The translations under genes and the position numbers were made by a program. From NCBI RefSeq assembly GCF_009834535.1, contig NC_045697.1, forward strand, positions 117,864,001 through 117,928,000: a DNA stretch of 64,000 nucleotides, written 5' to 3'. The stretch is from Camelus ferus (taxonomy: Eukaryota). Shown one piece after another: positions 13,301 through 25,750 of the stretch (positions are counted from its first letter, which is position 1; each line of letters opens with the position of its first letter). Under the pieces are notes generated by a model. It had not been told where the DNA came from, did not search any database, and saw only the letters and a list, made by a program, of their open reading frames with translations.

Positions 13301-14662
13301 CTCTCAGAAGTCAGAGAGGAATTTCTTTTATTGGATGAAAATACTTACCGAGTAAATGCTATGGAAGAGACCTTTAACATCTCATTAAGCCAAGTCAGGG
13401 GAACCTCGCCTTAATGAAGGACAGTGCTCCAACGCAAGGGCTTACGGTGCTCACCACTTGCCTACAGATGGGGTGAAACTGAATGAAGGTGATGATGGGT
13501 GCCTGTGTAAGCCACCGCCTGGCTTGACAACAGTTGGCAGGACCTCTGTGTGTCCCAAGATACCGACCCAAAGGTGGGCGGTGTGGAAGGAGGGCAGAAG
13601 TCTGATCCCCAGGGAGTGAACTTTGCCTCCGTGACCTCCAATTCAGAGCCCAAGAATGGTTAGTAATGTACGGAGACACTTCTTTTTATATAGATCAGGA
13701 TATATGGCCTTGCCCAGAGTAACGTGTACCGTCTTTAATTTCTGTCTATAGGAACATTCAGGTTACTGGCACACAGAGCTGTGTGTTCCTATTCTGTTAT
13801 TAAAACCCCAGGGGACACCATGATGAGAATGGATTCTTCCTCATGCAGCAAGGTGAAATTCTGGGTGCATTTTTCAGCGCACACAGTATTGAGACTACTA
13901 GCTTGGAAAATGAAGAAATTCCATTTGTACTTTGCTCCAGGTCCCACACAGATGGCTTAGGTTTTTTAATAGGATGAATTGGCCACTCCTGCACGTGAGA
14001 GAATTTAATTCACTAGGAAGAACACTGGCTTGGATTGCCAGCCACCGTTCAGACACATTTGTGTCATTTGTAGTTGGCTTTGTGGCCTGGGTTCAGTTAC
14101 TTAACCTGTTTTATTTTATCATTGTATTCTTTAAATTAAATAAAATAAGGGGGCTGGATTCCACATGAAGATTCAAGTCACTTCCAACATAGAAAGATCA
14201 GTTTCCTCGGCATGCCCACACACATAGGGTCACAGTAACATTTGTTTTGCCTTTATCCAAACAGGTAATGCTTTATAAAAGTTCTTTGAAAATGTTAATA
14301 TACAAGATAACATCATAACTCTTTTGTTCCTATGGGAAAAACCACTACTATGAAAGTAATTGTGTGTGTGTGCAGAATGGTGGAAGTTTCATCAGATAAT
14401 CTTTTCTGGATTTGTTTTTTTTCTTGAATGAGCATAAACCTGGTTTCTGGGACCCTAACATTTATCATTATTATAATCTTATTGTGCATCAATTCTCTTT
14501 TTAAGATTTTTTAATTGGAGTAGAGTCAGTTCACAGTGCTGTCAGTAAACACATTTTCTGGAAATGCCATACTGCGCCATCCTGTCCTCTCTCAGGTTCC
14601 ACACCTCGCACATCACTTGGCCTCCTTCCTTCCCATTTCTGAACTTTAAGAATTGCCTTCCT

Positions 14663-14800
14663 CTATTCAATATCTTGTAATAACCTTTAATGGAAAAGAA
14701 TATGAAAGAATATATGGATGTGTATGGATGACTGGGACATTGTGCTGTACACCAGAAATTGACACATTGTAACTGACTGTACTTCAATTTAAAAAAAAAA
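14663..14800 (+). mobile_element. Short L1 3' UTR end with A tail
   Basis: tattcaatatcttgtaataacc...gctgtacaccagaaattgacacattgtaactgactgtacttcaatttaaaaaaaaaa. Degenerate TSD aattgccttcct / aatcaccttcct. Confidence 0.8.
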
Positions 14801-17800
14801 TCACCTTCCTTTAAATTAATTTTAATGGGACAGAAACTTCCCTGCTTAGGAACCTATCAGGTGCTTAGTTATTTCTTTTGTCATTTTCAAGCTTTGTGAT
14901 TCAAGCCCAGGACAGACCCCTAAATGTGCCGGAACCGACAGCTTTGGTTGAACGTGCTGCTGAGAGGTCATAGTAAAGGACCTACCCATTGCACACAGGA
15001 CACTTTGAAGCTTCATTGCTCAAAGAGCCAACCCCCGAGTTACTCCTCAGAGCTCCTTCAAGCACGTGGAAGAATGTTTGAGTAAATTTTTGAAGCTCAA
15101 GGACCCTGTGCTCCCCGTCCGCCTAGAGCCACAGGTTGTTCCCCAGATGGCCGTTGACTTAACCCCTCCTCCTTTCTCAGCAGAAACCCCATGCTTTGAC
15201 TTCAAAACCGTCATCCACTTCTTGACCTTTCTGTCTGCGGCACCCCCATCTCAGCCCGTCCGTTTGAATAAGCAAGCCATTTCATGATATCAAAATATTT
15301 GTGTGAACAGATCCAGTCCTAAACTTATTGCCAACAGTGTTTCATGGGATTGTGGCAGGCGCTGTCTGTGCTGAGGCATCGGGGTTAAGCTCAGTGGTAG
15401 TGACAGCCACACAGCATGTTATCCTAGGAATTGTGGCCCCAACTCTCTAATCATAGTTTATCCATCACTTATGTAGACAAAGAGCTTCCAAAAGCGTGAC
15501 TCTAAGAGTGGTACCTCACTCGCCATGTGGTGCCACTCCTCCTTTAGGCTCAGCAAAATTCCGAGGTTTATTTATTTCTCTCAAGAACTTAAAAAGGGGG
15601 AATTTCTTAGGAGCTAAGAGGAAGGTTTGAAACCCCATTTGGAGTTTTCCATGCAGCCTGCAAAGAAAGAAGAGAAGGGAAGAGAGAAGGAAGAGAGGGT
15701 GGGAGGAAGATGATCTGTATGCCACGGGCCATCTGCAGGGGACACTCCTCTCCCGAAGTCCCTGTCACGGGGCTGGGGCGGAGAACCCTGGCAGGTAGTG
15801 GCCATGTGACCGCTGCCACCACCTACAGAGCAGCTGTTTGGGAAGCCCTGACCTGGGCTAGTTAATCACATGAGTTCTTTCAGCCACTCTTCTCGGTAGA
15901 GATTAGTCCTAATTTACAAACGAGGACACAGGCTGAAAGACGACGTGGAAATTGTCCAAACAGACAGAGCTGGTAAAGGGTAGAGACTGTCTTCCTACCT
16001 TGGCTCGAAGGTGAAGCATGATATAAGAGTAGAATTACCCCTGTCTCTACCGGCTGTCATGTTACTTGCTCAGCAAGAGAAACATCATTATCTGTCTTTT
16101 CCATTCGTCACAAAACCGAATAAAAACAACACCTTGTAGAGTAAATCATTAATACAGCCAGGATCGCATGACCAATTTACTTCCTCTCTGATGATTTTGA
16201 TGATTAAGTGGTCACTGGCTTACCACACGTCATTCCTCCCCAAACCATTTGCTAATAATAGGAATTTATGGCCATCAGATCTTTATGGTCAGTCAGTGCA
16301 AAGTTCAAGTTTACTTACTTAGGCTCTGGTTTACTGTGCTGCGCTGGACAACGTGAGCTTCCCCTCCCTGGACGGAGATTAAGTGTGAGCTAAGTGAGGG
16401 CCACTAACGTGTAAGGATGCCTCAGGGACAGAGCACGGGCTTTGGGGAACATCCCAGGAGCCAGACACAGCGGTGTTTGAAAGAGACAAGATAATATGAA
16501 ATTAATCACTGAATTACAAAGACTAGATTTGCAAAGTGTAGAGAAGTCTGAGCAGAAATGAATAGCCTGGTGGAGGGTCACAAGTCCAGGAGATGTCAAA
16601 AGTTGATATTTAACTTCATGAACTCATCGCTGGAAGGTGGCCTTTAGCTGAGGGGATCCAAAATCTGGTGTGAATTAGACACAGAACGGTGACCAGCTTC
16701 TGGATGACAGGGGTATGAGAACACAACTCCCTAAATACCAACCTGTAAGCCAGGATGAAATACATTAAATTTAAATGAAAAATGTAATTGTCCAAGGTTC
16801 TGATCCCACAGAGAGGCAGATAAATAACCGTTGGTGGTTCTGTCTGTGGTGTATGTGGTGTGTGGGCCAGGGTGTCCTCAGAGAGTGGCTGATGAAAGAA
16901 GGCTGGTGTGTAAGGGAACCAAATCTCCCAACGTGTAGAGAAATTGGAGGAAGAGGAAGATCCAGAGTCGGGGTGGCTGTTGGAATCCTCTGGGTTGTGT
17001 TAGGGAGGGCCTGAAGTCATGGGATTTCAGGATGACGGGAGGAAGTAGACTGAAATCTTTGGAAATGAACAACAGTATTTGCACTCACAACTTCCGGGCC
17101 GGGCTGCGTGTGATAAGGAAGGGTTAGTCGGAGACCACTTCATGACTCATTAATCTCCTGTTTAACAAAGCAGGTGGGGAGAGCTAGAAAGCCTTCGCTA
17201 CAGTTCTGCTTGCTACTTCCTTGGAAGAGGTAAAAATGTTTAATCAAAGAGAATGATTGATAATAAAAACAAGGCCGGAGGTTTACTGGAGAATATGTAA
17301 ATACTGCTGTGCACTCCTTTATTCAGTCCAGCGACCACTCCTGAGGTTGAGATGTATGTCTCCCAACTTGGAGATAGAGACAGATTTCAAAACCAAACAG
17401 TGAGATTCCTCGACCACAGAATTCAAGCACAGTGAGTTGCATAACCAGTATCAGGCGAGTGTGCCAGTGTGCTAGTGTGCAAATCAGAGTGCCCACCATG
17501 GTAATGATTAGTGTGTGAGAAAATGAAGGATGATTAACATCATAATGAACTTCTAAAAAATTGTGTCTAATTTATTACTCTGAATAAAGTCCAGTGTCCT
17601 CATTTTTTAAAAGCCACTTGCAGTTATTTTTGACAAACTCAGTCATGCTTGTATGTAATGTGAATAGCCAGAATGAGAGAAAGAAGGAAAAGAAATACTC
17701 AGGAGTATAAATATTAGTTATGTAGGGTTATTTCAAGACCATACGTGGAATCATGACTATTTGGTTACCTACTCTGCCTGCATACATTTGTATAGAAATA

Positions 17801-17828
17801 TGTAAGTTAGCATATATGTATGTGTAAA

Positions 17829-18517
17829 CTCACTCACTCACCCACTCATCCACCCACCCATCCACCCATCCATCCATTCATCCATCCACCCACCCACCCA
17901 TCCATCCAGCCATCCTACCCACCCATCCATCCACCCACTCACCCACTCATCTACCCATCTACCCATCTACCCATCCATCCATCCACCCACCCACCCATCC
18001 ATCCAGCCATCCTACCCACCCATCCATCCACCCACTCACCCACTCATCTACCCATCTACCCATCCACCCATCCATCCATTCATCCATCCACCCACCCACC
18101 CATCCATCCAGCCATCCTACCCACCCATCCATCCACCCACTCACCCACTCATCTACCCATCTACCCATCCACCCATCCATCCATCCATTCATCCATCCAC
18201 CCACCATCTACCCATCCATTCATCCATCCACCCACCCACCCATCCATCCACCCATCCTACCCACCCATCCATCCACCCACTCACCCACTCATCTACCCAT
18301 CTACTCATCCACCCATCCATCCATCCATTCATCCACCCACCCACCCATCCATCCACCCATCCTACTCACCCATCCATCCACCCACTCACCCACTCATCTA
18401 CCCATCTACCCATCCACCCATCCATCCATTCATCCATCCACCCACCCACCCATCCACCCACCCATCCTACCCACCCATCCATCTATCCATCCATCCATCC
18501 ATCCACCCATCCATCAC
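17829..18517. repeat. Complex (CCAT/CCAC)n tetranucleotide repeat with a ~105-bp higher-order period
   Basis: About 690 bp of CCAT/CCAC/CTAC/TCAC units. The marker catcctac recurs at 17911, 18008, 18113, 18253, 18358 and 18463. Confidence 0.95.
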
Positions 18518-18800
18518 TCAGCAGTATTTAGTCCTTACTATGCATGAACTAAATGCCATGGTAAATAATAGGAATAAAACGATTACTAGTTGGAGCCCCA
18601 GGCTCCAGGAGGCACTGAATAGTAAAGGGACAGGCATGCAAAAAATATAATTGAAAATTGTAATGGATGTGGTGCGGACATGCTGGAAAAGGTTGTGATC
18701 CTTCTGCCTGTGGGACTCCCAGACGGCGTCTCTCAGAAGATCCTATTCAGCTGAAATCTGGAGGATACATGGCATTGTGCCGAGTGAAGTGGGGGAGCAA
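18515..18800 (-). mobile_element. L2 3' end relic
   Basis: ctcagcagtatttagtccttactatg...cagaagatcctattcagctgaaatctggaggat resembles the antisense L2 3' region (caacaaatatttattgagcacctactatg...gacatttgagctgagtcttgaaggat). Confidence 0.55.
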
Positions 18801-19844
18801 ATGCTACTGGCAGTATGGGGGTGGCCTCAGTCAACTGTTAAAGTACTGGGCGTGGGACCCCTTGTTTTAGAGGCGTCCACGCTGTGTATTTTAAAAGCTG
18901 CCACTAGGCAAGTTCTAAGTGCACCCAGTGAAGCGTCCTGCCCTATGCGCTTGGAACCCGTTAGTCATAACTTAGTGATATAAAGTGTGTTCTTGACCTA
19001 TGACAGGATTATTACTGTCGAGTTGCTGCTCTGAAAGATGTGATCATGTTCGCCATCTGGTGAGCAGTGCTGTCTCGCCCGGGTTGAGGTCCACGGATGA
19101 CTAAAGCCGAGTAGCACACAATTACTCAGTTGCCCAAAGGCCCACACGTGGACTGGAAAGCCGTCTGTGTCATGAGATCCCTGAAGTTTGCAGAGGGTGT
19201 GGGCAGGGAGAGGACGCACATTTTGTCTTATCTTTCACTTTGCCGTGTTGTTTGAAGGACTTCAGTTGTCACGTCAACCCAAGGGAATGAATAGGTCGGT
19301 GTTCCTGCCTTAGTGTCACGTGTCACATAGTGGAGACTGGGGACTTGGAGATTTAAAAATAAAGGAAAAAAGGAAAGAAACGCAGCCCCTGCCTTCCAAG
19401 CGCTTATATTCTAAGCTCGTGTCTTACGCAAATACGGTATTATAAAGACATTTCACGGGTCTTTAAATTCTAGTTTGAATGACAGTATCAACAGTTCTGT
19501 CACTGAAACCAGGGAACGTAAATTGCTCTGAGTGCCTACTTGTCAGACGTTGGTTTTGCCTATATGTGGGGTGATTACCACGGCTTTTCAGATATGTTTC
19601 TGAACCAATGAGGTCTCATTTCTGTTTGGTTCTATTAAATTACCAGAGTCATATTAATAGGAGGTTTCTCAAACTAGCACAGGACTTGGTCCTCGCCTAC
19701 TTTATATGATTTTCTTGTTTATCTATAAGATTAATAAAATTAAGCGGTGAAACGCATGATTGATTCTTGTCATTTTCAGAGAGGAAACTGAGGCTTAGTG
19801 GACTAAGTAGGTAGATAAAAATCTCTGAGTGTACCATGGAAGTC

Positions 19845-20080
19845 GGGGTGGGTGGAGGGGTAAATTGCGGGTTCGGGATTTGCAGCTACACACTAACTAC
19901 TGTATGTAAAATAGGTAAACAGGTTTATACTGTACAGCACGGAACTACATTCAGTATCTCATAATAGCCTATAATGAAAAAGAATATGAAAAGGAATACA
20001 TGTATATGTATAAATGAATACTATGCTGTATATCAGATTAATACAACGTTGTAAATCAACTATATTTCAAAAAAAAAAGA
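19845..20080 (+). mobile_element. L1 3' UTR fragment with A tail
   Basis: ctgtacagcacggaactacattcagtatctc...ttgtaaatcaactatatttcaaaaaaaaaa is homologous to the other L1 3' ends in the window. Confidence 0.8.
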
Positions 20081-20180
20081 AAACCAAAGAAATTAAGGTG
20101 GGAAAAAAAAAGTTGTTCTGCCCTTTCCATCACAGAGTGAGAAATCTAAGAGAAAACATTGGAGCAAAAGAGGAAATGAT

Positions 20181-20345
20181 GAGGGAGGGTGTAGCTCAGT
20201 GGCGGTGTGTGTGCTTAGCATGCATGAGGTCCTGGGTTCAATCCCCAAGGCCTCCACTAAATAAATAAGTAAATAAATAAACCTAATTACTTCCCCCCCT
20301 TCAGAAAATAAATTAAAATAAAATAAACAAATCTATTAAAAAAAA
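20181..20345 (+). mobile_element. Vic-1-like SINE
   Basis: gggagggtgtagctcagtgg...gaggtcctgggttcaatcccc followed by the family tail motif aaataaacctaattac. Confidence 0.88.
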
Positions 20346-20814
20346 CTGAAAAAAGTAAGCATGCTGCCTAACAAAAAGTAAAGTTGAAAGTAAGAAAATT
20401 TTAAAAAAGAAATGCGGAAACACAGTGAATGACGCATTTGAAACTGCTGAGAAGGGCGGGGTCTTCTGGGAGCCCAGGACCCCGCTAAGGGCCTGGGTAG
20501 GACGCCTGGACATCGGAGCCCCTGGAGGGGTCGTCTTACCAGAACGAGACAAGAAATCCAGAGCAGGGGGAACGTTTTAAAAGTGAGACGAGGAAAAGAC
20601 GACAAACCGGGGGCCAAAGAAGCCGGGCTCGGCGACGCTGCCCCGGGCGGCGGGTGCAGCCGCGTGGCCGGGAGCCCGGGGCTCTTCCCCTTTTCACGCC
20701 GCGAAGCATGAGGTCGTCACCTTCGCGGGACTCACCAGACCGACCCGACCACCCACCATCTGAAACGTTGCCTTGAATCTGAAGGCTTCAGGGTAGTTTC
20801 TCGAGAAATGACAG

Positions 20815-20816
<2 letters not shown>

Positions 20817-20845
<29 letters not shown>
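20817..20845. repeat. poly(T) tract, 29 nt
   Basis: Read directly. Confidence 0.9.
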
Positions 20846-20847
<2 letters not shown>

Positions 20848-21498
20848 CTCTTGCCTCATTCTGTGATCAGGTTCTGAGGGAGAGATCACCCCACAGACCC
20901 CACAAATCTTTAGTCATCGGAAATAAAGGTGGTGACTGACCCTAGAAAAACACAAAGATGGAAGGTTTCAAAATTGCCAAGTAAACTTAAAAATAACTTA
21001 TCCCAGCTCGAGTTTCTGGAGCTTACTTTTTTTTAATGTTTTCATAGTATTCCAAGAGATTAATTGTGTAGATTGATACTGAACATCTTTAAAGGAAATA
21101 CCTGTCTGATTTCATTGCATAAAAAGAAAAGTATAAGCAGAACTTTAACTATCCTACCTATACTGTAAATATTTATACCTTACATACATACATGTATGTG
21201 TGTGTGTGTATTTACATCTGGGTGGGGTATGTGCACACACAAATATATGCATGTTTCTGTACAGTGGTCACTGAGGTAAGGCAGAAGGAGGAGCAAACAA
21301 GATAACACAAAATTCCATTTCTACGACTTTGACAACAAAGGTGAATGAGAAACTGGGAAGTCAAGGAAATGGATAGAATTTTCATTAGATGATAAAAAAA
21401 TTTCCATTAATTAAGCATCTTCCTTATGTCCTGTTGTTACTTCTTGGAGCCCCTCTGACTGGTGTATCTGATGCGGGATGAGGATATATTTCGTATCA

Positions 21499-21600
21499 GG
21501 AGAGTCACATAGCTTAGTGGTAGAGCGCATGCTCAGCGTGCACAGGGTCCTGGGCACGAGTCCTGGGTTCGACCCCCGGTACCTCCATCAAATAAATAAA
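21499..21600 (+). mobile_element. Vic-1-like SINE with an internal duplication
   Basis: atagcttagtggtagagcgcatgctcagc...gtcctgggttcgacccccggtacctcc with a short aaat tail. Confidence 0.82.
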
Positions 21601-22478
21601 GAGGCAGGTGACACCTGTGGCAGATGAATTCCAGAACGTGTTCTTGTTTTCCAGGGGATGACTTGGCTACACAGCATGTGAGAGAGACAAAGCTATAAAT
21701 TACAGATAATAGAAAATATAAATGCTAAAAGCAAATGCTTAGAGTTAAAAAAAAACAAAAAAAAAAAAACCAAAAACTCACATCCAGGAACTGTACCTGA
21801 ACTTTTCCAATTATCTTAAGAGGAAGAATATTTTTATTTCACTTCGGTGTATTCTTGAACAAACTCATTTTATCACCAGAAGGTAAATTCGTGTGTCCAA
21901 ACAGATGAGCCTTTTGAAAGGATTTCTGCCGCTGGGCAGCCACTTAAATTTTTTCTTTTAAAGTCAGGCGTGAAGTCATAATAGCGCTGTGATAAGCGTG
22001 GCCTGAACTCTGTCCAAATTTTATTATCACACTCCTTAAATGTTTCCCTCAGCTTCAGATAAGCCCATATCTAGTGGACCTTGGTGTGTGTGCCGTGTAC
22101 CAACAATGCGGCACAGATAAAAAATGAAACAACCTAACCGATCGTCATTCTTTAAAAATGTCTTGATGAATGATGAAATGGCCTCCTGTTAATATGTGTG
22201 GGCACTGGAATCCAGCTATGCAGGGAACATACGTGATTGGGCAGGAGACCGTGGACAGAAGGAGTGGTCTCTGGGGGGTCTGGGTGATGGTTAACTGTGG
22301 TTTCCTAAGCCCGGAACTGTCCTGGTGTTGGGTGGAGGAGAGTGTATTCATACCTCCTCTTTCCTGGCTTAAATATTGATGCCCTTTGAGTAAGCTTTGC
22401 TACCTACATTTCCAGTCCAACATTCCTGCTATCCTGAACTCAGGAGGTGGAATGCATGGCAGGAAGTCCTCCTGTTTT

Positions 22479-22657
22479 TTTTTTTTTTTTTTTCTTTTTC
22501 TTTTTTCCCCTTTTTAAAAAAACATTTATTGAAGTGTAGTTGCTTGACGATGTTAGTTTCACATGTACGACAAAGTGGATCAGTTATACGTATACGTACA
22601 TATGTATTTTCTGTTCAGATTCTTTTCCATTACGTGTTACCTCAAGAAACTGAATCT
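22479..22657 (-). mobile_element. L1 3' end
   Basis: Poly-T, then ttattgaagtgtagttg...ttcttttccattac. Degenerate TSD aggaagtcctcctgtttt / aggacgtcctccgtttt. Confidence 0.8.
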
Positions 22658-22813
22658 AGGACGTCCTCCGTTTTCCCCTGTCCACCTACCTCTCCAGGCA
22701 TGTGCTCCCTTTATTATTACTCCATGTATTGAAAGCAGACGGGAAAACAAGATGATAATTCATCAGAGAAAATTTTTGCTTAAGTCAAAGTAGAAATGTT
22801 AATTTCATTTCTT

Positions 22814-22918
22814 TCTTTTTTTTTTTTTTTAATTTATTTTTTCCTGTAATGGAGATACTGGGGATTGAACCCTGGACCTCGTGCACGCCAAGCACGTGCT
22901 CTACCCCCGACCATCCCC
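22814..22918 (-). mobile_element. Vic-1-like SINE
   Basis: ctggggattgaaccctggacctcgtgcac...gctctacc is the reverse complement of the SINE body. 18-bp TSD atgtt(a/c)atttcatttctt at 22796-22813 and 22919-22936. Confidence 0.88.
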
Positions 22919-23744
22919 ATGTTCATTTCATTTCTTCAATTATTTCCTCAACCGTCAGTACTATGATGATTTAGTTGTGGGCACGTGTAATAAAGGTGTG
23001 TTGCCTCACATTTACAGGAACTGTTTCTTCTTAATTATTACTAATTTAATAGTGCTTCACACGATACATGTTTTAATAAACAGCCACGCACCACGAAGCC
23101 TCACACTAGGTGCCTGGATGTTAATGAGGTTTTGTGCAGAGATGATGCGAGGGGCTTGAACGCTGTGCCTTGGCTGGAGCGCGATCTCTGAATCCACACA
23201 GTAGCGTTGGCTGCGCAGACCCTGGCATTGTGTCAGGAACTGCACAGTGATCCAAGGTGATGCTTCTGTCCAGGTGCACCGTCCGCACAAGTCGTTGTCG
23301 ACTGGGGATGGGTGACTTTGCATTTCAAGGGCGGGTCAGTCTCGGAAGGGATCTGAGCAGGCAGGTGAGTGCCTGTTGCACAGTGTGACTCATTTACTGC
23401 CCACAGCCGTCACCAGTGATACTGGTGGTGTGCTTGCTTTGTAGGACGTAAGATACAGACACAAAATCTAAGAATTCACTATTTTTACAGTCTGTCGATG
23501 AATCTGCCTTCTATTATTACAGTGGAAGGACCAACTGATAGTAGTAATAGCAACACATGCTCGCTTGTGTTGTTCTAGGCAGGTGCACTTCAGGAAGAAA
23601 GGCCGGGGGGCTGGATCTGAGGTCTGCGCTGAGGCAGAAGCGGTGCTCTGTGCGCCTTCTGGCCGGGGGAGGAGCTGTGGGCTCTTCCCTGCATAGATGC
23701 GGTTGTGATGACAGCAGGTATTGAAGGAAAACTACCACTTACGC

Positions 23745-23900
23745 AGCAGCTCATTTCTTGGGCACCGTTCTAAGTGCTTTACATACAGTCTCTCAATCTT
23801 CACAACAGCCTAGAGAGTTAATGAATATTATCCTCCTTTGTAAGAAGGGAATCTGGGGAGTTTAATCTGAATTCTCAACAGTGGGTTTGGGACTCAAAGA
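23745..23900 (-). mobile_element. MIR
   Basis: ggcaccgttctaagtgctttacatac...aatcttcacaacagcct...tattatcctcc resembles antisense MIR. Confidence 0.6.
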
Positions 23901-23929
23901 GTCTGTTTTGTCCTGTTCAGCTGGAGACA

Positions 23930-24140
23930 GTCCTGCGTGATGGTTAAGAATGCGGGCTCTGCAGCTGGGATGAAGGGTCCGCCCCAGCTCTGTTACTGGT
24001 CCCGGCGCCTCCCTGTACCTCAGTTTCCCTGTCTGCAGTATGGGTCCCATGATGGGACCTGCAGATGGGGCTGTGTTTGGAGATTGAATGAGTCAATACT
24101 AATTATCTGGCACATAGTAGGGACTTCATACTGTTTGCTT
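23930..24140 (+). mobile_element. MIR
   Basis: gtgatggttaagaatgcgggctctg...ctgtacctcagtttccctgtctgcagtatggg...tggcacatagtagg. Confidence 0.7.
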
Positions 24141-24295
24141 TATTATGATGATTTTTTTTTGCACAAATATTTTAGAAGACTTGGGATTTTGATCAAAATT
24201 ATTGTAAGACATGCCTTTTTGTCATTCAGTAACACTATTGGCATTTCTTCATAGTGTTTATGTTTTATTGGTTAAATTTATTACTACACATTTTT

Positions 24296-24574
24296 ATTCT
24301 TTTTGTTATTGAAGTGTAATTTTAGTTTCATGTGTACAACAAAGTATTTCAGTTATACATATATATACATATATGTTTTTTCAGCTACTTCTCCATTACA
24401 GCTCATTACAAGAAATTGAATAAAGTTCCCTGAGCTCTACAGTAGGACCTTGCTGTTTATCTGTTTTATATACAGTAGTGTGTGTCTGTTAATCCCCAAC
24501 TCCTCATCCATCCCTGCCCGCCCCTTTCCCCCCCAGGAACCACAGTTTGTTCTCTCTGTCCGTGAGTCTATTTA
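24296..24574 (-). mobile_element. L1 3' UTR end
   Basis: ttattgaagtgtaattttagtttc...ctctgtccgtgagtct. 17-bp TSD tattact(a/c)cacattttt at 24279-24295 and 24575-24591. Confidence 0.85.
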
Positions 24575-25509
24575 TATTACTCCACATTTTTTTTATAATT
24601 CTGCTGAAAGACATTTTTCCCTATTCAGTTTCTAACTTCTTTTTGCTGTCCTAAAGAAAAGCTGTTGATACTTGTATGTTGATCTGATATTTATCCACTT
24701 TACTAAATTCTACTTTTCGTTCCAGATGATTTATTAACACCAAAACCTTGACATTGTCTCTGACACCTGTTTTTGTTCACACCCACATGATCTCATATCA
24801 GATCTGCCTTCAGAATATTCACAATGTGGATGCTGTTTACATCCACGTCCCCACCGTCCTCCAAGCCACACCACCCACAGCTGGGTTACCCCCAAGCCCT
24901 TCCGGCCTCAGTGCTTACTCGACCAGTCTGCTCTTAAGGGAATCTGCGATCATCTCAGGATCATTTTTCTCTTCTGTTTCTGTTACATTTATTTTCTTTC
25001 CTCTCTTATTAAATTAGCTAGCGCCGCCCCCCAAATGCTGAAAATAGTGGTAAGGATGTCCAGTCCTGTCTTTGTTCTAATGAGAGTGACTTTGATTTTA
25101 CCTAATAAAATACTTACACATAGTGTCTGTTACATAATTTTACCATGACAGTTTTTAATGTGTCAATTTTACTGACAGTTTCTTGCTTTTCAGTTTACTC
25201 AGTTTTTATCTAAGGAGTTGACTCTGTCATTTTTTTTCAGCATTTGTTAATATAAGAGCATCTATTTTTTCTCCCTTGAATACTCTAAAAGGTCATTCTT
25301 ACATTAATCCTCAAGTTTGTGAACTAAATCCATACGCTGTCAAGAAGTATTCTCTTTTAATCCACTGATTGATGATATTTGATTACATTTTATTTAGAAG
25401 TTTTGTATTTCCCTCAATTTCGAAGGGAAATTGGTCTTAATTTGTCGTGTTTGATACTGCCATTTCGAAGAACTTGGATACAATACTTTTTTTTCCATTT
25501 ACTAGAAAT

Positions 25510-25750
25510 TTTTATTTTTATCTTTTCCAGCTTTCTTGAGACATCGTTGACATAGAACATTGTGTAAATTTAAGAGGTGCCACCCGCTGACTTGCTACAC
25601 TCACACACTGCAGTAGGGTTCCCACTGTGGTGTTAGCAGGCAGCTCCATCGCACCACATACTTCTGTTTCTTTTTTGTGGTGAGAACATTTACGATCTGT
25701 TCTCTTAGCAGTGTTCAAGCATATGATGCAGTTTTGTTACCTATGCTCAC
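25510..25750 (-). mobile_element. Older L1 (L1MA-like) 3' end
   Basis: ttccagctttcttgagacatcgttgacatagaacattgtgtaaatttaag...gtggtgagaacatttacgatctgttctcttagc. Confidence 0.65.

Noticed and set aside
17820..18650. 276-aa Pro/His-rich ORF as an extensin-like gene
   Set aside because: It is a translation of a (CCAT/CCAC)n repeat that rarely produces stop codons. No supporting gene structure is seen.
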